Source: Escherichia phage ALITA
Reading direction: 5' to 3' (one strand)
Length of the DNA: 64,000 nt
Sequence record: PP359570
Below are positions 19,197 through 27,728 of the stretch, piece by piece (within the stretch, counting starts at the first letter, position 1; every line of letters starts with the position of its first letter). The position numbers and the translations under genes are program-made. The notes beneath the pieces were generated by a model. It was not told where the DNA came from. It saw nothing but the letters and a program-made list of their open reading frames with translations, and made no database searches.

Positions 19197-19550
19197 ATGA
19201 AAATTGTACACGATGAAATTCAATTTGAAGACAGTGATCTTCTTGATCTGGATGTGACACTAAGTAAACTGATCTACAACGCACTTTCTGCATATCGTGC
19301 AAAAGTGATAGCCACAAACAATGTTAAAATTCCTAGTGGGTTACTTCGTCGGATGTACCCACACGCTAAAGGTGACTATCTACCTTATATGGAAGAACGA
19401 GCAGCAGAACACTGGTTAGAAATTCTTGAAAAAATGGAGTCCTCTTTTAAAGATTCAACTCCACCGGAAGAAGTTAATGAAAAACAACGGCAAGAGCGTT
19501 TAGAAGGTCGTATTTTGTTTGCTAAGTATTTCCATAATTTGTGGAGCTAA
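19197..19550 (+). CDS. hypothetical protein
   Basis: 117-aa ORF. Confidence 0.5.
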   Translation: MKIVHDEIQFEDSDLLDLDVTLSKLIYNALSAYRAKVIATNNVKIPSGLLRRMYPHAKGDYLPYMEERAAEHWLEILEKMESSFKDSTPPEEVNEKQRQERLEGRILFAKYFHNLWS

Positions 19551-19626
19551 ACATATCTGGTAAAATCACTTATATGTTCTTAGTATACTTGTGTAAAGAA
19601 GTTATCGGTCTAATTAAGGGGAAGAT

Positions 19627-19878
19627 ATGATTCAGTTTCAAAAAGGTCAAAAGATGACAGTTCACAATGCAGAGGAAATGGAATTTGCACTTAAACTTCT
19701 CGAAAATGCTGGGTTTGTGTGGATCAACGGTGGAGAGAAGCCTACAGCTTGGCTTCCACATGAGAAAATAGCCAACCACACCTTTCCTGATAGTATCAAT
19801 TGGCATTCTGATGGTAAGATTTGCCGTGGAAGTTACCCAACAGGTGTTGAGTGGACTATTAAATTAGGAGGGCTTTAA
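19627..19878 (+). CDS. hypothetical protein
   Basis: 83-aa ORF with GGGGAAG RBS. Confidence 0.5.
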   Translation: MIQFQKGQKMTVHNAEEMEFALKLLENAGFVWINGGEKPTAWLPHEKIANHTFPDSINWHSDGKICRGSYPTGVEWTIKLGGL

Positions 19879-19879
19879 T

Positions 19880-20218
19880 ATGTTTAGTAAAGAAATGAGA
19901 GAAGTAATTGCCACTTTGGTAGTTGATCATGGTGTTGAAGTTGAGCGTCACGTTTGGAACGATGAACCTCCTTTCTTCGATTTGGCATCACGAGCTAAAA
20001 GTCATATGCACCTGCTGGAAGACGGTAATGAGTTTGTTCTCCGTATGCGTTATGATCGAGAGTTTCGAATTCCGCTTGACACTGAACCAGATGGTGTAGT
20101 AATGTGGTTGGCAGAACATTTCGCATACGATGCACTACATGGAAGAAGTTTTGGTAATGAGCGTTGGGATGCCATTTGTCGTAAGCATAATATTGAACCA
20201 GAGTACGGGAGTATGTAA
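19880..20218 (+). CDS. hypothetical protein
   Basis: 112-aa ORF. Confidence 0.5.
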   Translation: MFSKEMREVIATLVVDHGVEVERHVWNDEPPFFDLASRAKSHMHLLEDGNEFVLRMRYDREFRIPLDTEPDGVVMWLAEHFAYDALHGRSFGNERWDAICRKHNIEPEYGSM

Positions 20219-20469
20219 TGTTAAGTATCAAACCTAAAATGATAACGGAAGATGAAGCAGACTTTATTTTCAAATGTGGACGTGTATGGAGAGAATTCAC
20301 AAAAGGAAATGAAGTGGTTGTTGTTGTCGAACACAAGATATCTATCCAGGATCTGTTTGGACAATATGTTGATGTTATTAAATTAGGTATTGACAAGGGT
20401 TTAGTTGAGGTGTTAACATTAGATCAAGTTGAAGCAGAGCACCTCGATAAAGTAGTGGTTGAATTTTAA
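20218..20469 (+). CDS. hypothetical protein
   Basis: 83-aa ORF, ATGT overlap with upstream gene. Confidence 0.5.
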   Translation: MLSIKPKMITEDEADFIFKCGRVWREFTKGNEVVVVVEHKISIQDLFGQYVDVIKLGIDKGLVEVLTLDQVEAEHLDKVVVEF

Positions 20470-20489
20470 AATACAGACGGGAGAAAGGT

Positions 20490-20663
20490 ATGAGTTTCTT
20501 TGTTACAGTATTTATGGCTATCTGGATTGTAGTCTCACTCGTTCTTTTCCTGGTGGGTTGTCTGGAAGAGATTAAGAAAGCGGTTATTTGCGGTTTCTTT
20601 GGCTTTATTATCTCTCCTGCCTGGATGTGGTTCTTCATTATGATTGGTTTCCTTAAAAGGTAA
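20490..20663 (+). CDS. small membrane protein (57 aa)
   Basis: Unlisted ORF MSFFVTVFMAIWIVVSLVLFLVGC...; GGGAGAAAGG RBS. Confidence 0.4.
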   Translation: MSFFVTVFMAIWIVVSLVLFLVGCLEEIKKAVICGFFGFIISPAWMWFFIMIGFLKR

Positions 20664-20677
20664 GTGAGGAATAAAGA

Positions 20678-21115
20678 ATGAGTAAAACAAACGCAATTGC
20701 AGATAAAGCAACGGATGTACTTCTGAACATGGTTAACGTCACTATTCAAACAATGAGTGATGTTGTAGAGTTTGGAAAACAACAAATTCCAGAAGTAATC
20801 CATCAATTATTAGTGTGGAAAGCAGTATCCGCAGGTTTATGGCAACTTTTTAGTATTTGCTTTATGTTTATTACTTTTATTGCTGTGCGGAACCTCGTAA
20901 AAGCAATTAAAGATAAAGAATGCCTGTGGTCACGAGATCGCTATGGTGAAGTATCTGCTTTACCTATTGTTGGTCTTGTTGTCTGTGCTTTCTTTTTCTT
21001 TTTAGGATTTGTTATTTTCTTTTCGAATTTTGATTGGCTAAAAATCATTATTGCACCAAAAGTGTATCTGATTGAATTTGCTGCTGATTTAATTCGTTCA
21101 TCTCAACAAAAATAA
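20678..21115 (+). CDS. membrane protein
   Basis: 145 aa with several TM helices. Confidence 0.5.
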   Translation: MSKTNAIADKATDVLLNMVNVTIQTMSDVVEFGKQQIPEVIHQLLVWKAVSAGLWQLFSICFMFITFIAVRNLVKAIKDKECLWSRDRYGEVSALPIVGLVVCAFFFFLGFVIFFSNFDWLKIIIAPKVYLIEFAADLIRSSQQK

Positions 21116-21126
21116 AAGGGGTTAAA

Positions 21127-22254
21127 ATGAAATACACGATTTATGGTGATATTGTAAGTGTAAATAAAGATATGGGCGTGGAATCTAACTATCTTCCACC
21201 TGGATTCTATACTGTTAGTCGTGATCCCCTTGGCAATTATTTTTTAAGCCGTGGTAATCTAACAGGTGTACCGGATGTTTTGTATGGTGAAACAGAAAAA
21301 CGAGCAAATCACGTTATCCGTACATTCCATCGCCGGAGTGCACAAGGTAAAAACACAGGCTTGCTTCTGACAGGAACTAAGGGCAGTGGTAAAACTATGT
21401 TAGCCAAACTCATTAGTCGTGACCTTGTAGAAGAAGGTATTCCAACTATTATGGTTACTCAAGCCTACAGCGATGCTAATTTCATTGAACTTATTAGCAA
21501 GATCACCGACAAAGCAGTGATTATTTTTGACGAGTTTGATAAAGTATATGAGAAGAAACAAGATCAAGAAGCACTTCTCACTTTGTTAGATGGTACTGGG
21601 AGTGGTAATAAACTGTTTATTCTAACTAAAAACAGTGGTTTTATCTCTGAATTCTTTTTAAATCGTCCTAGTCGTGTGTTTTATAATTTTAATTATGATA
21701 AAATCTCACTAGAAACTATGATTGACTATTTAGATAAAAACTTGGATAACAAAGCACACTTTGATAATTTCCAAAGGCTTTGGGATGTAAGTTTAGAGTT
21801 GTCCTTTGATGTGATCCAAGGTATAGTAGAAGAACTTAATTTCTACCCTGATTTATCCTTTAAAGAATGCATCTCTATGATGGGCGTTTCTTTGGGTGGT
21901 GGTAATAAATGGGATATCAGCAGCGTTGTTATTAATGGAAAACTTCAGAAAGTTAGCTGGGTATCTAGTTGGCATAACTTCACACCTGCAATCTTCTTAG
22001 GTGGCTCGTGCACACTAGACGTGTACTTGTCATCTCCAAGTGATGCAGACTCTAAAGAAGCCCTTGCTAATAGCTCTTACGTGGTTTTTGATGATGAAGG
22101 CGATGCTCGAATTCCATTGAATGCGACAAAAATGAAAGCAGATCTTATTACAGGCGGTAAAATCGTTGTGTTTAGTGATGATCCAGAAGATTCTTTCCGT
22201 ATTGTTCTGGAACCAACTATCACCAATGGTGCAACTTTGGCAAGCGTGTTTTAA
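21127..22254 (+). CDS. P-loop NTPase (AAA-like ATPase), paralog B
   Basis: Walker A GTKGSGKT, Walker B VIIFDEFDK; N-terminal ~250 aa alignable to 4972..6132 product; C-terminus divergent. Confidence 0.6.
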   Translation: MKYTIYGDIVSVNKDMGVESNYLPPGFYTVSRDPLGNYFLSRGNLTGVPDVLYGETEKRANHVIRTFHRRSAQGKNTGLLLTGTKGSGKTMLAKLISRDLVEEGIPTIMVTQAYSDANFIELISKITDKAVIIFDEFDKVYEKKQDQEALLTLLDGTGSGNKLFILTKNSGFISEFFLNRPSRVFYNFNYDKISLETMIDYLDKNLDNKAHFDNFQRLWDVSLELSFDVIQGIVEELNFYPDLSFKECISMMGVSLGGGNKWDISSVVINGKLQKVSWVSSWHNFTPAIFLGGSCTLDVYLSSPSDADSKEALANSSYVVFDDEGDARIPLNATKMKADLITGGKIVVFSDDPEDSFRIVLEPTITNGATLASVF

Positions 22255-22267
22255 GTAAGCCAGCAAA

Positions 22268-22296
22268 TAAAAACCCGCTTCGGCGGGTTTTCTTGT
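22268..22296 (+). terminator. rho-independent terminator (AAACCCGC-TTCG-GCGGGTTT plus T-run)
   Basis: Perfect hairpin followed by TTTCTTGTAT; same sequence recurs near 47227 and, inverted, near 51595. Confidence 0.7.
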
Positions 22297-22328
22297 ATTG
22301 ATACCAGATTTAATAAGAGGAGTAATAG

Positions 22329-23735
22329 ATGCCAGCACCAAAATCATGGGAACAATATAAAGAAGAATTAACACCCCTTGCTAAAAATCACAACATTCAG
22401 ATTCTGGGTTATATTGGTGAATGGAAAGGGAGCAAGACTAAACTTAAGCTATCTTGCTCTGATCATGGGGAGTGGGAAAGTACCATAATCAATAGCTTTA
22501 AAACTAAAGGCGGTAAATGTTGCCCCGATTGCAATGGTCGTAGAAAAGTAACAGAAGAAAAGGAATGTATTTCCCTTGTTGATGTTGCTAAAGAAAGAGG
22601 GTTTACTTTTATAGGTCTTGCCGAAGAGTGGCGAGGTGTGCTAACAAAAATCCGCATAGTTTGCCCTAAACATGGAGAGTGGAACACCACGACCATTAGT
22701 GGTTTTAGGAAGGGACGTGGTTGTCCGGCATGTGCAAGTAATAAGCCGTTAACATGGGAAACAGAATTACCGATCTTGGAAGAGATAGCACAGAAGAAGG
22801 GGTATCAGGTGTTAGGGTACGTGGGAGAATGGAAAGGGATTGATACAAAACTTGATTTGTTGTGTCACTGTGGTAACAGATGGGATACTACAAGTATTAA
22901 CAGTTTTAAACATGATCATGGTTGTCCTTTATGTGGGTATGAGAATACAAGGAAGGCACAAACAATACCCGACGATCAACATATTGCAGATTTCTTTTCT
23001 ACAGGGAAATTTAAGGAAGGCACTATCTTTACCAATACAGGGAAACGTAGTTGTAGTAAAAACAAGGACATTATCTGGATGATCGAATGTCCTGTTTGCT
23101 CTCATGATGAGTATGTGCAAGCAGGTGTATGTGATGGTAAGTTTTATATGACACGTAGCGATCTTAAGGCTGGACACTTGCCCTGCCGCTGTGCAACTAA
23201 CTCTCATTATACAGAAAATCAGATTACCTACAGGGTAAAAAAGGAAGTAGAAGGGAGAGGGTATGTCTGGGTAGGTTGGATCGGTAAACCGTCTATAAGA
23301 CTGGGTAATTTTAAATATCTTTGTCTTGTTCATGGGGAACAAATTGGTAGTGCTTATCGCTTACTATATCAGGATAATGGTTGTCCACAATGTGCAGGTC
23401 ATAGTCAGCAGCAATTGTATGTTAATGTTGTTAAAGATAATGGTATTATAGTTGCTCTTAAGTTTGGTATATCTAAAGATAGTGCTAGGAGATTAAACAT
23501 TCAAAATAGGCGTAATATGTTTTTTATGGAGCGTATTTGTTTATATGATTTTAGTACAGTGAAGCAGTGTAAGGCTGCTGAAAGAGCTATAAAGAAAAAA
23601 TTAAAAACTGGTATCTTAACAGCAAGAGAGTTGAAAGATGGTTATACAGAAACAGTAAGTGTTTCTGATTTGGAAAATCTTCAAAAAATTATTACACAAT
23701 ATGGTGGCAAATTAGTATACAGTAAGGAGGTGTAA
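22329..23735 (+). CDS. tandem zinc-ribbon repeat protein with C-terminal GIY-YIG-like (T5orf172-type) domain
   Basis: About 5 repeats of GY.GEWKG..TKL...C..HGEW.TT.I..FK...GCP.C; C-terminal LYVNVV...ALKFGIS...RR...E resembles GIY / YIG / Arg / Glu arrangement. Confidence 0.45.
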   Translation: MPAPKSWEQYKEELTPLAKNHNIQILGYIGEWKGSKTKLKLSCSDHGEWESTIINSFKTKGGKCCPDCNGRRKVTEEKECISLVDVAKERGFTFIGLAEEWRGVLTKIRIVCPKHGEWNTTTISGFRKGRGCPACASNKPLTWETELPILEEIAQKKGYQVLGYVGEWKGIDTKLDLLCHCGNRWDTTSINSFKHDHGCPLCGYENTRKAQTIPDDQHIADFFSTGKFKEGTIFTNTGKRSCSKNKDIIWMIECPVCSHDEYVQAGVCDGKFYMTRSDLKAGHLPCRCATNSHYTENQITYRVKKEVEGRGYVWVGWIGKPSIRLGNFKYLCLVHGEQIGSAYRLLYQDNGCPQCAGHSQQQLYVNVVKDNGIIVALKFGISKDSARRLNIQNRRNMFFMERICLYDFSTVKQCKAAERAIKKKLKTGILTARELKDGYTETVSVSDLENLQKIITQYGGKLVYSKEV

Positions 23736-24287
23736 ATGCGGATTACTGATAAGTATGTGTTCTTCTTCTCGGCAAAAGATGAATTTAGCAACTGGTATCT
23801 ATCATCTTTTATTGAACCTTTAGCTCCCAAGTATAATAATTCTATTACAAGTTCTGTTGAATTTACTTGTGTGGAACAATATATGATGTGGAGAAAAGCA
23901 TGTTTGTTTTATGATTACAGTATTGCATCTTCTATTTTAACCGGAGATCTAAGATATACAGGAGAAAAAGAACAAGCATATTATAAACGACTAGGCAGAT
24001 TAGTTAAAGATTATGATGAAGATACCTGGGCTTCTTTACGGGAGAAGATTGTCAAGCGTGGTTTGTATCTTAAATACACACAAAATGAAGATCTCAAAAA
24101 TAAACTTATCGCTTACGCAGATAAGGAGTTCGTAGAGGCAAGCCCCTATGATTCTATTTATGGTATCAAAATGGGGATGTGGGATCGGGACGTGGAAAAT
24201 AAGGATTGTTGGAAAGGGCAAAATCTTTTAGGAAAATGGCATACAGACCTTGCTGTTTATCTAAAATCACAATCTGATATTTCCTGA
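23736..24287 (+). CDS. NADAR (YbiA/DUF1768-like) domain protein
   Basis: FFFS..DEFSNWY, EQYMMWRKA, LGRLV, KFVEASPYDSIYGIKMG match conserved NADAR blocks. Confidence 0.55.
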   Translation: MRITDKYVFFFSAKDEFSNWYLSSFIEPLAPKYNNSITSSVEFTCVEQYMMWRKACLFYDYSIASSILTGDLRYTGEKEQAYYKRLGRLVKDYDEDTWASLREKIVKRGLYLKYTQNEDLKNKLIAYADKEFVEASPYDSIYGIKMGMWDRDVENKDCWKGQNLLGKWHTDLAVYLKSQSDIS

Positions 24288-24504
24288 TATTTTGAAAATT
24301 TTTATTTTTATAAAAAGGGGTGTGGGTTTCATGTACGGAAATCCACCCTCTGAATAATATATCCAGAGTAAGTAGTATTCTGTACTCTGTTAATAAAGTA
24401 TTTAATTTGTTTGTTGGATTATGGTGGCTGATCTTTAAAAGGCATACTATCTCTTAACTACTACTTATAACAAAACAGTAAAATCCTTTTTATAAAAGTA
24501 CAAA

Positions 24505-24715
24505 ATTATTTAAAGTTTTTACAGATTTTCGGGTACAAATTTTGAAAATGAAAAGTTCAAGTTTGGTCAAAATTATTTAAAGTTTTTGTACGTATTTCTG
24601 TCCAGATTTTGAAAATGAAAACTTCAATTTTTTAAAAATTCCCCAGTTTATTTAAAGTTTTTTTGCCTTTTTCCGTAGAAAAATCAAAAATGAAAAGTTC
24701 AATTTCGTGTTTTTA
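24505..24715. repeat. three ~70-bp imperfect direct repeats (iteron-like)
   Basis: Each unit contains TATTTAAAGTTTTT ... TTGAAAATGAAAA(G/C)TTCAA; non-coding, AT-rich. Confidence 0.6.
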
Positions 24716-24723
24716 TAGGTGTG

Positions 24724-24840
24724 TTAATGAGAATCATTTTCGTTTGTAAATGAGAATCATTATCATTTAACTATGTAAGTGATAATCATTCTCAGTAAGA
24801 GAATGAGAATCATTAGCAAATGAGAATTTTTCTCATTTAC
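24724..24840. promoter_or_regulatory. cluster of five Fur-box-like palindromic sites (AATGAGAATCATT family)
   Basis: AATGAGAATCATT x3, GTGATAATCATTCTC, and perfect palindrome AAATGAGAA-TTT-TTCTCATTT; core matches part of the GATAATGATAATCATTATC consensus. Confidence 0.45.
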
Positions 24841-25098
24841 AGAATAACGCGCAGGGGCGGTGTTTGTCTCGCGCTCCCGTGTCCCCTCGCCATACAATAA
24901 GAATAGCATAACCAATAACAAAAGCAAGCGATTATTTTTATCTTTACATTTCTTTACAAATTTATTTTAGACGAGCTACCGGCGATCAACCTTCCAACCA
25001 GTGCCCCCTGGTATGTTAGCCCCGCCTTTACGCCGTGGGGTGGCGTTTCCTCTTCTGTATGTAAAACAGTATAAGCCCGATCCCTGGGCTTGTCAAGA

Positions 25099-25365
25099 TT
25101 ATTTTTTGTTTTCTTGCCAGGATAGGACACCTAACCAAAAATACATGTCGCCCCGCGCCCCTGGTGGGATCTTGCTTTCCCCGCCGCCACTGCAAGCCCA
25201 TAAATAACCATCAGCGAACGGATCAAAGTGATCTATCTCTTCCACCTTATGATCGCCCAGGTTGAGAACGGTTTCAACCTTTAAGCCCGTTGCGCTTGCT
25301 ACCTGGTGCACCGTGCCGCCTTGCCAGCCCAGTGAGTGCATGAGATGTAAAGAAGTATTTGTCAT
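25099..25365 (-). CDS. hypothetical protein in GC-rich segment (uncertain)
   Basis: 88-aa ORF with GC-rich, enteric-like codon usage unlike flanking phage DNA; weak RBS; 3' end overlaps a consensus TTGACA-17-TATACT promoter on the same strand. Confidence 0.25.
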   Translation of the reverse strand: MTNTSLHLMHSLGWQGGTVHQVASATGLKVETVLNLGDHKVEEIDHFDPFADGYLWACSGGGESKIPPGARGDMYFWLGVLSWQENKK

Positions 25366-25737
25366 GGTATCGCCCTTTCTTTGTTGTGCGCCCTGGTTGG
25401 CGCGGTAGAAAGATGATAGCCGTTTCCTTCATATATAGCAAGCAAAAAAGAAATGAAAAAAAGATTAAAAAATGGTTGACGTTCCTCACCTGGTAGCGTA
25501 GTATTCATCTTGTCGAGGGGGGCAAGACACAACGACAATAAACAATAGGCGGGTGCAATGCAAGACGGGCAAAGGTGAGGATCTCCACAATCCACCGTCA
25601 CAATAACATTACTTATAAAAGGTTGATAACGATGATCAAGAAAGAAAATAGCTTGACGGTTGGAACGATTAACGCTATCATTCTTGCCGTTCCATTTTGG
25701 ATTGTAGTTGCGGTTATTATTTTCTAAAAAAATATTC

Positions 25738-25793
25738 TTGACAACGTTTTTTAATCTGATAAGATGTATCACATAGGGCGGCAATAGTGCCGC
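25738..25793 (+). promoter_or_regulatory. promoter plus 5' stem-loop cassette (PeSL-like) #1
   Basis: TTGACA, 16-nt spacer, TAAGAT, then CACATAGG-GCGGCA-ATAG-TGCCGC hairpin about 25 nt before the ATG. Confidence 0.6.
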
Positions 25794-25817
25794 TCATAAC
25801 AGAAGAGAGAAATAATC

Positions 25818-26090
25818 ATGGCATCATATAGCGCATCAATGATTGTAAAGGGTATCACTGGTAAACCTATGCGCGGTGGCGGATCTTTCGCTAACATCAA
25901 TATTGATGGACGTTTATCCCTGGACGCAGCGATCACAGTGGCACGGGAAACATTTAAAAAAGAATGTAATTTCAATAAACAAGATTATCTCGGTTTTGCT
26001 ATTGAAAAAACCGCGCGCTTTGTGGATTATAAAAGCCCGAAAATGATCGACACTACACTAAAAGCGCAAGATGTAGCGTTTTTGCTTTAA
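25818..26090 (+). CDS. hypothetical protein
   Basis: 90-aa ORF behind cassette #1. Confidence 0.5.
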   Translation: MASYSASMIVKGITGKPMRGGGSFANINIDGRLSLDAAITVARETFKKECNFNKQDYLGFAIEKTARFVDYKSPKMIDTTLKAQDVAFLL

Positions 26091-26093
26091 GAC

Positions 26094-26154
26094 TTGACAC
26101 TGAAAAATAATTTGATAATATATACCACATAAGGCGGGGAAATGGTTTCCCGCC
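26094..26154 (+). promoter_or_regulatory. PeSL-like cassette #2
   Basis: TTGACA-16-TAATAT then GGCGGGGAAATGGTTTCCCGCC hairpin. Confidence 0.6.
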
Positions 26155-26176
26155 AAATCAAAGAAAGGGTAATGCA

Positions 26177-26539
26177 ATGAGCAAGCAAATCAATACTATC
26201 ATGTTTAATCTGGTATCTTTCCGCGATGACGTGAAAAACCTTTCGCGTGATGCAGTGGATGCACGGATCGAAAGCTATCGCACACAGATCGCAACGTTAC
26301 CGCTGAAACGTGATCAACATGCCGCTAATATGATGCTTGATGCTATGATTAAAAAGATGATTCAATGTGATCTTACCCTGGCTTATGAATATGCTGGCGA
26401 TCTCTTTGTAACATATAGCAAGCCCGTTCCAGGTATGAGCACCACGGAAGAATTGCATGCCTTAAATCTGCGACAAGATGCATGGGATAACATGCGCCGT
26501 GTTATGGTATGGGTAGAAAGCGGTAAAATTTACGAATAA
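26177..26539 (+). CDS. hypothetical protein
   Basis: 120-aa ORF. Confidence 0.5.
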   Translation: MSKQINTIMFNLVSFRDDVKNLSRDAVDARIESYRTQIATLPLKRDQHAANMMLDAMIKKMIQCDLTLAYEYAGDLFVTYSKPVPGMSTTEELHALNLRQDAWDNMRRVMVWVESGKIYE

Positions 26540-26545
26540 AAACGG

Positions 26546-26598
26546 TTGACATTGCACTAAAACCTGATAAGCTATCTTAAAGCGGGAATAGTTCCCGC
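26546..26598 (+). promoter_or_regulatory. PeSL-like cassette #3
   Basis: TTGACA-16-TAAGCT then GCGGGAA-TAG-TTCCCGC hairpin. Confidence 0.55.
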
Positions 26599-26617
26599 TT
26601 ACATAGGATAAAACTTT

Positions 26618-26764
26618 ATGAAACAATATGTAATGAGTATTCACACCAAAAACGGCGCTACTGTTACGACTCCGGCACGGTTTGCACTTGTAAACCGTTG
26701 CAAGAGACTAAAACGAGAGCTAAAAAACAACCGTGCAACGGGCTTTAAACGCTGGGGAGGATAA
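26618..26764 (+). CDS. hypothetical small basic protein (48 aa)
   Basis: Unlisted ORF MKQYVMSIHTK... directly behind cassette #3. Confidence 0.4.
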   Translation: MKQYVMSIHTKNGATVTTPARFALVNRCKRLKRELKNNRATGFKRWGG

Positions 26765-26766
26765 TC

Positions 26767-27027
26767 TTGTTTTTTCTAAAAGTTTTTGATAATGTGATCG
26801 CTTTTGAACATGCTACAACGTTCGACCTGGCGAGATACGCTATCAGGTTTAAAGATAATGTTTATCCCCGTGCTGGCGGCGGTTACACTATTTTTAATCA
26901 TCGCAACGCGCAACTAACTGATATAACTAATCCAGATCCTGGAGTGTATCGGATAGGCTGGCTACCGTCAAAAGATGCGGCAAGCATGTTTAAGGTATGT
27001 AAACTACTAACAGAAGAGGCGAACTAA
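26767..27027 (+). CDS. hypothetical protein (TTG start)
   Basis: Track ORF; GGAGG of the upstream gene end serves as RBS (translational coupling). Confidence 0.4.
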   Translation: MFFLKVFDNVIAFEHATTFDLARYAIRFKDNVYPRAGGGYTIFNHRNAQLTDITNPDPGVYRIGWLPSKDAASMFKVCKLLTEEAN

Positions 27028-27028
27028 C

Positions 27029-27583
27029 ATGGGGCGTGAATATGTGATCCAGTCCTGGGTAAAGCATGATGCTAATGATCCGCGCATAATACCAGATGAC
27101 ATGATCGATCACATGGTAGGGTATAGCGGGGAGCAGATAGGAAATCGAGCGGCAAAGAGCAACGGCAACACCAGGACGCGATCCGTTCGCCCTGGATGGC
27201 TGGCAAATGGTAACGCTGACATTGCAAGCGCCGCAGATCCAAGCGATGACGCTAAAAATAATCCCTTATACAGTATTGATCCGGCTTTTAAGGTGTTGGA
27301 AGAGTATCCCGCTAAATTAGCCGCACTAGATAAAGCATACGAAGAAAAACGGGTGGCATGGACTGTATACAACACCGCTAAAATGGTGCTAGATGCAAAA
27401 TTGATTAAAGCCCAGGAGAAGATCAATAAACTTGTTACCATAGCGCAAGAGGAAGACCAGGACGACCAGGAGGAAGAGGAAGAAATCATGCCTAACCTGG
27501 AAGAGGAAGAGATCCAGCCATACACGCCGACAGAAGAGGAAAAAATACAAGCCTTAAAAAATTATAAAAATTGTATTGTGTAA
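27029..27583 (+). CDS. hypothetical protein with acidic C-terminal tail
   Basis: 184 aa; DQDDQEEEEEIMPNLEEEE tail. Confidence 0.5.
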   Translation: MGREYVIQSWVKHDANDPRIIPDDMIDHMVGYSGEQIGNRAAKSNGNTRTRSVRPGWLANGNADIASAADPSDDAKNNPLYSIDPAFKVLEEYPAKLAALDKAYEEKRVAWTVYNTAKMVLDAKLIKAQEKINKLVTIAQEEDQDDQEEEEEIMPNLEEEEIQPYTPTEEEKIQALKNYKNCIV

Positions 27584-27586
27584 GGC

Positions 27587-27641
27587 TTGACATATGCAAA
27601 CAAGCCCCGTAATATGTACCACATAGAGCGGGGCAACCCCC
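27587..27641 (+). promoter_or_regulatory. PeSL-like cassette (degenerate hairpin)
   Basis: TTGACA-17-TAATAT then CACATAGAGCGGGGCAACCCCC (short GGGG/CCCC stem). Confidence 0.45.
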
Positions 27642-27663
27642 TCAAAGGTGAAATAAAAATCAC

Positions 27664-27691
27664 TTGACAACTGAAATCAGTAAGCTATAAT
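27664..27691 (+). promoter_or_regulatory. consensus sigma70-type promoter (TTGACA-16-TATAAT)
   Basis: Perfect -35 and -10 hexamers about 40 nt upstream of the 27729 ATG; tandem with the preceding cassette. Confidence 0.55.
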
Positions 27692-27728
27692 GCTTATATA
27701 AATTAAAGCGTTACTAAGGAATAAAATC

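Noticed and set aside
24505-24840. Possible CRISPR array (short repeats in a non-coding region)
   Set aside because: Repeat units are ~70 bp, AT-rich, imperfect and directly abutting without unique spacers of regular length; no cas genes nearby. Better explained as iterons plus palindromic operator sites.
25362-25784. 140-aa minus-strand track ORF (and the 68-aa plus-strand ORF 25001..25207) in the GC-rich segment
   Set aside because: Both run through promoter and hairpin elements and low-complexity sequence, have no RBS and implausible composition; treated as non-coding.
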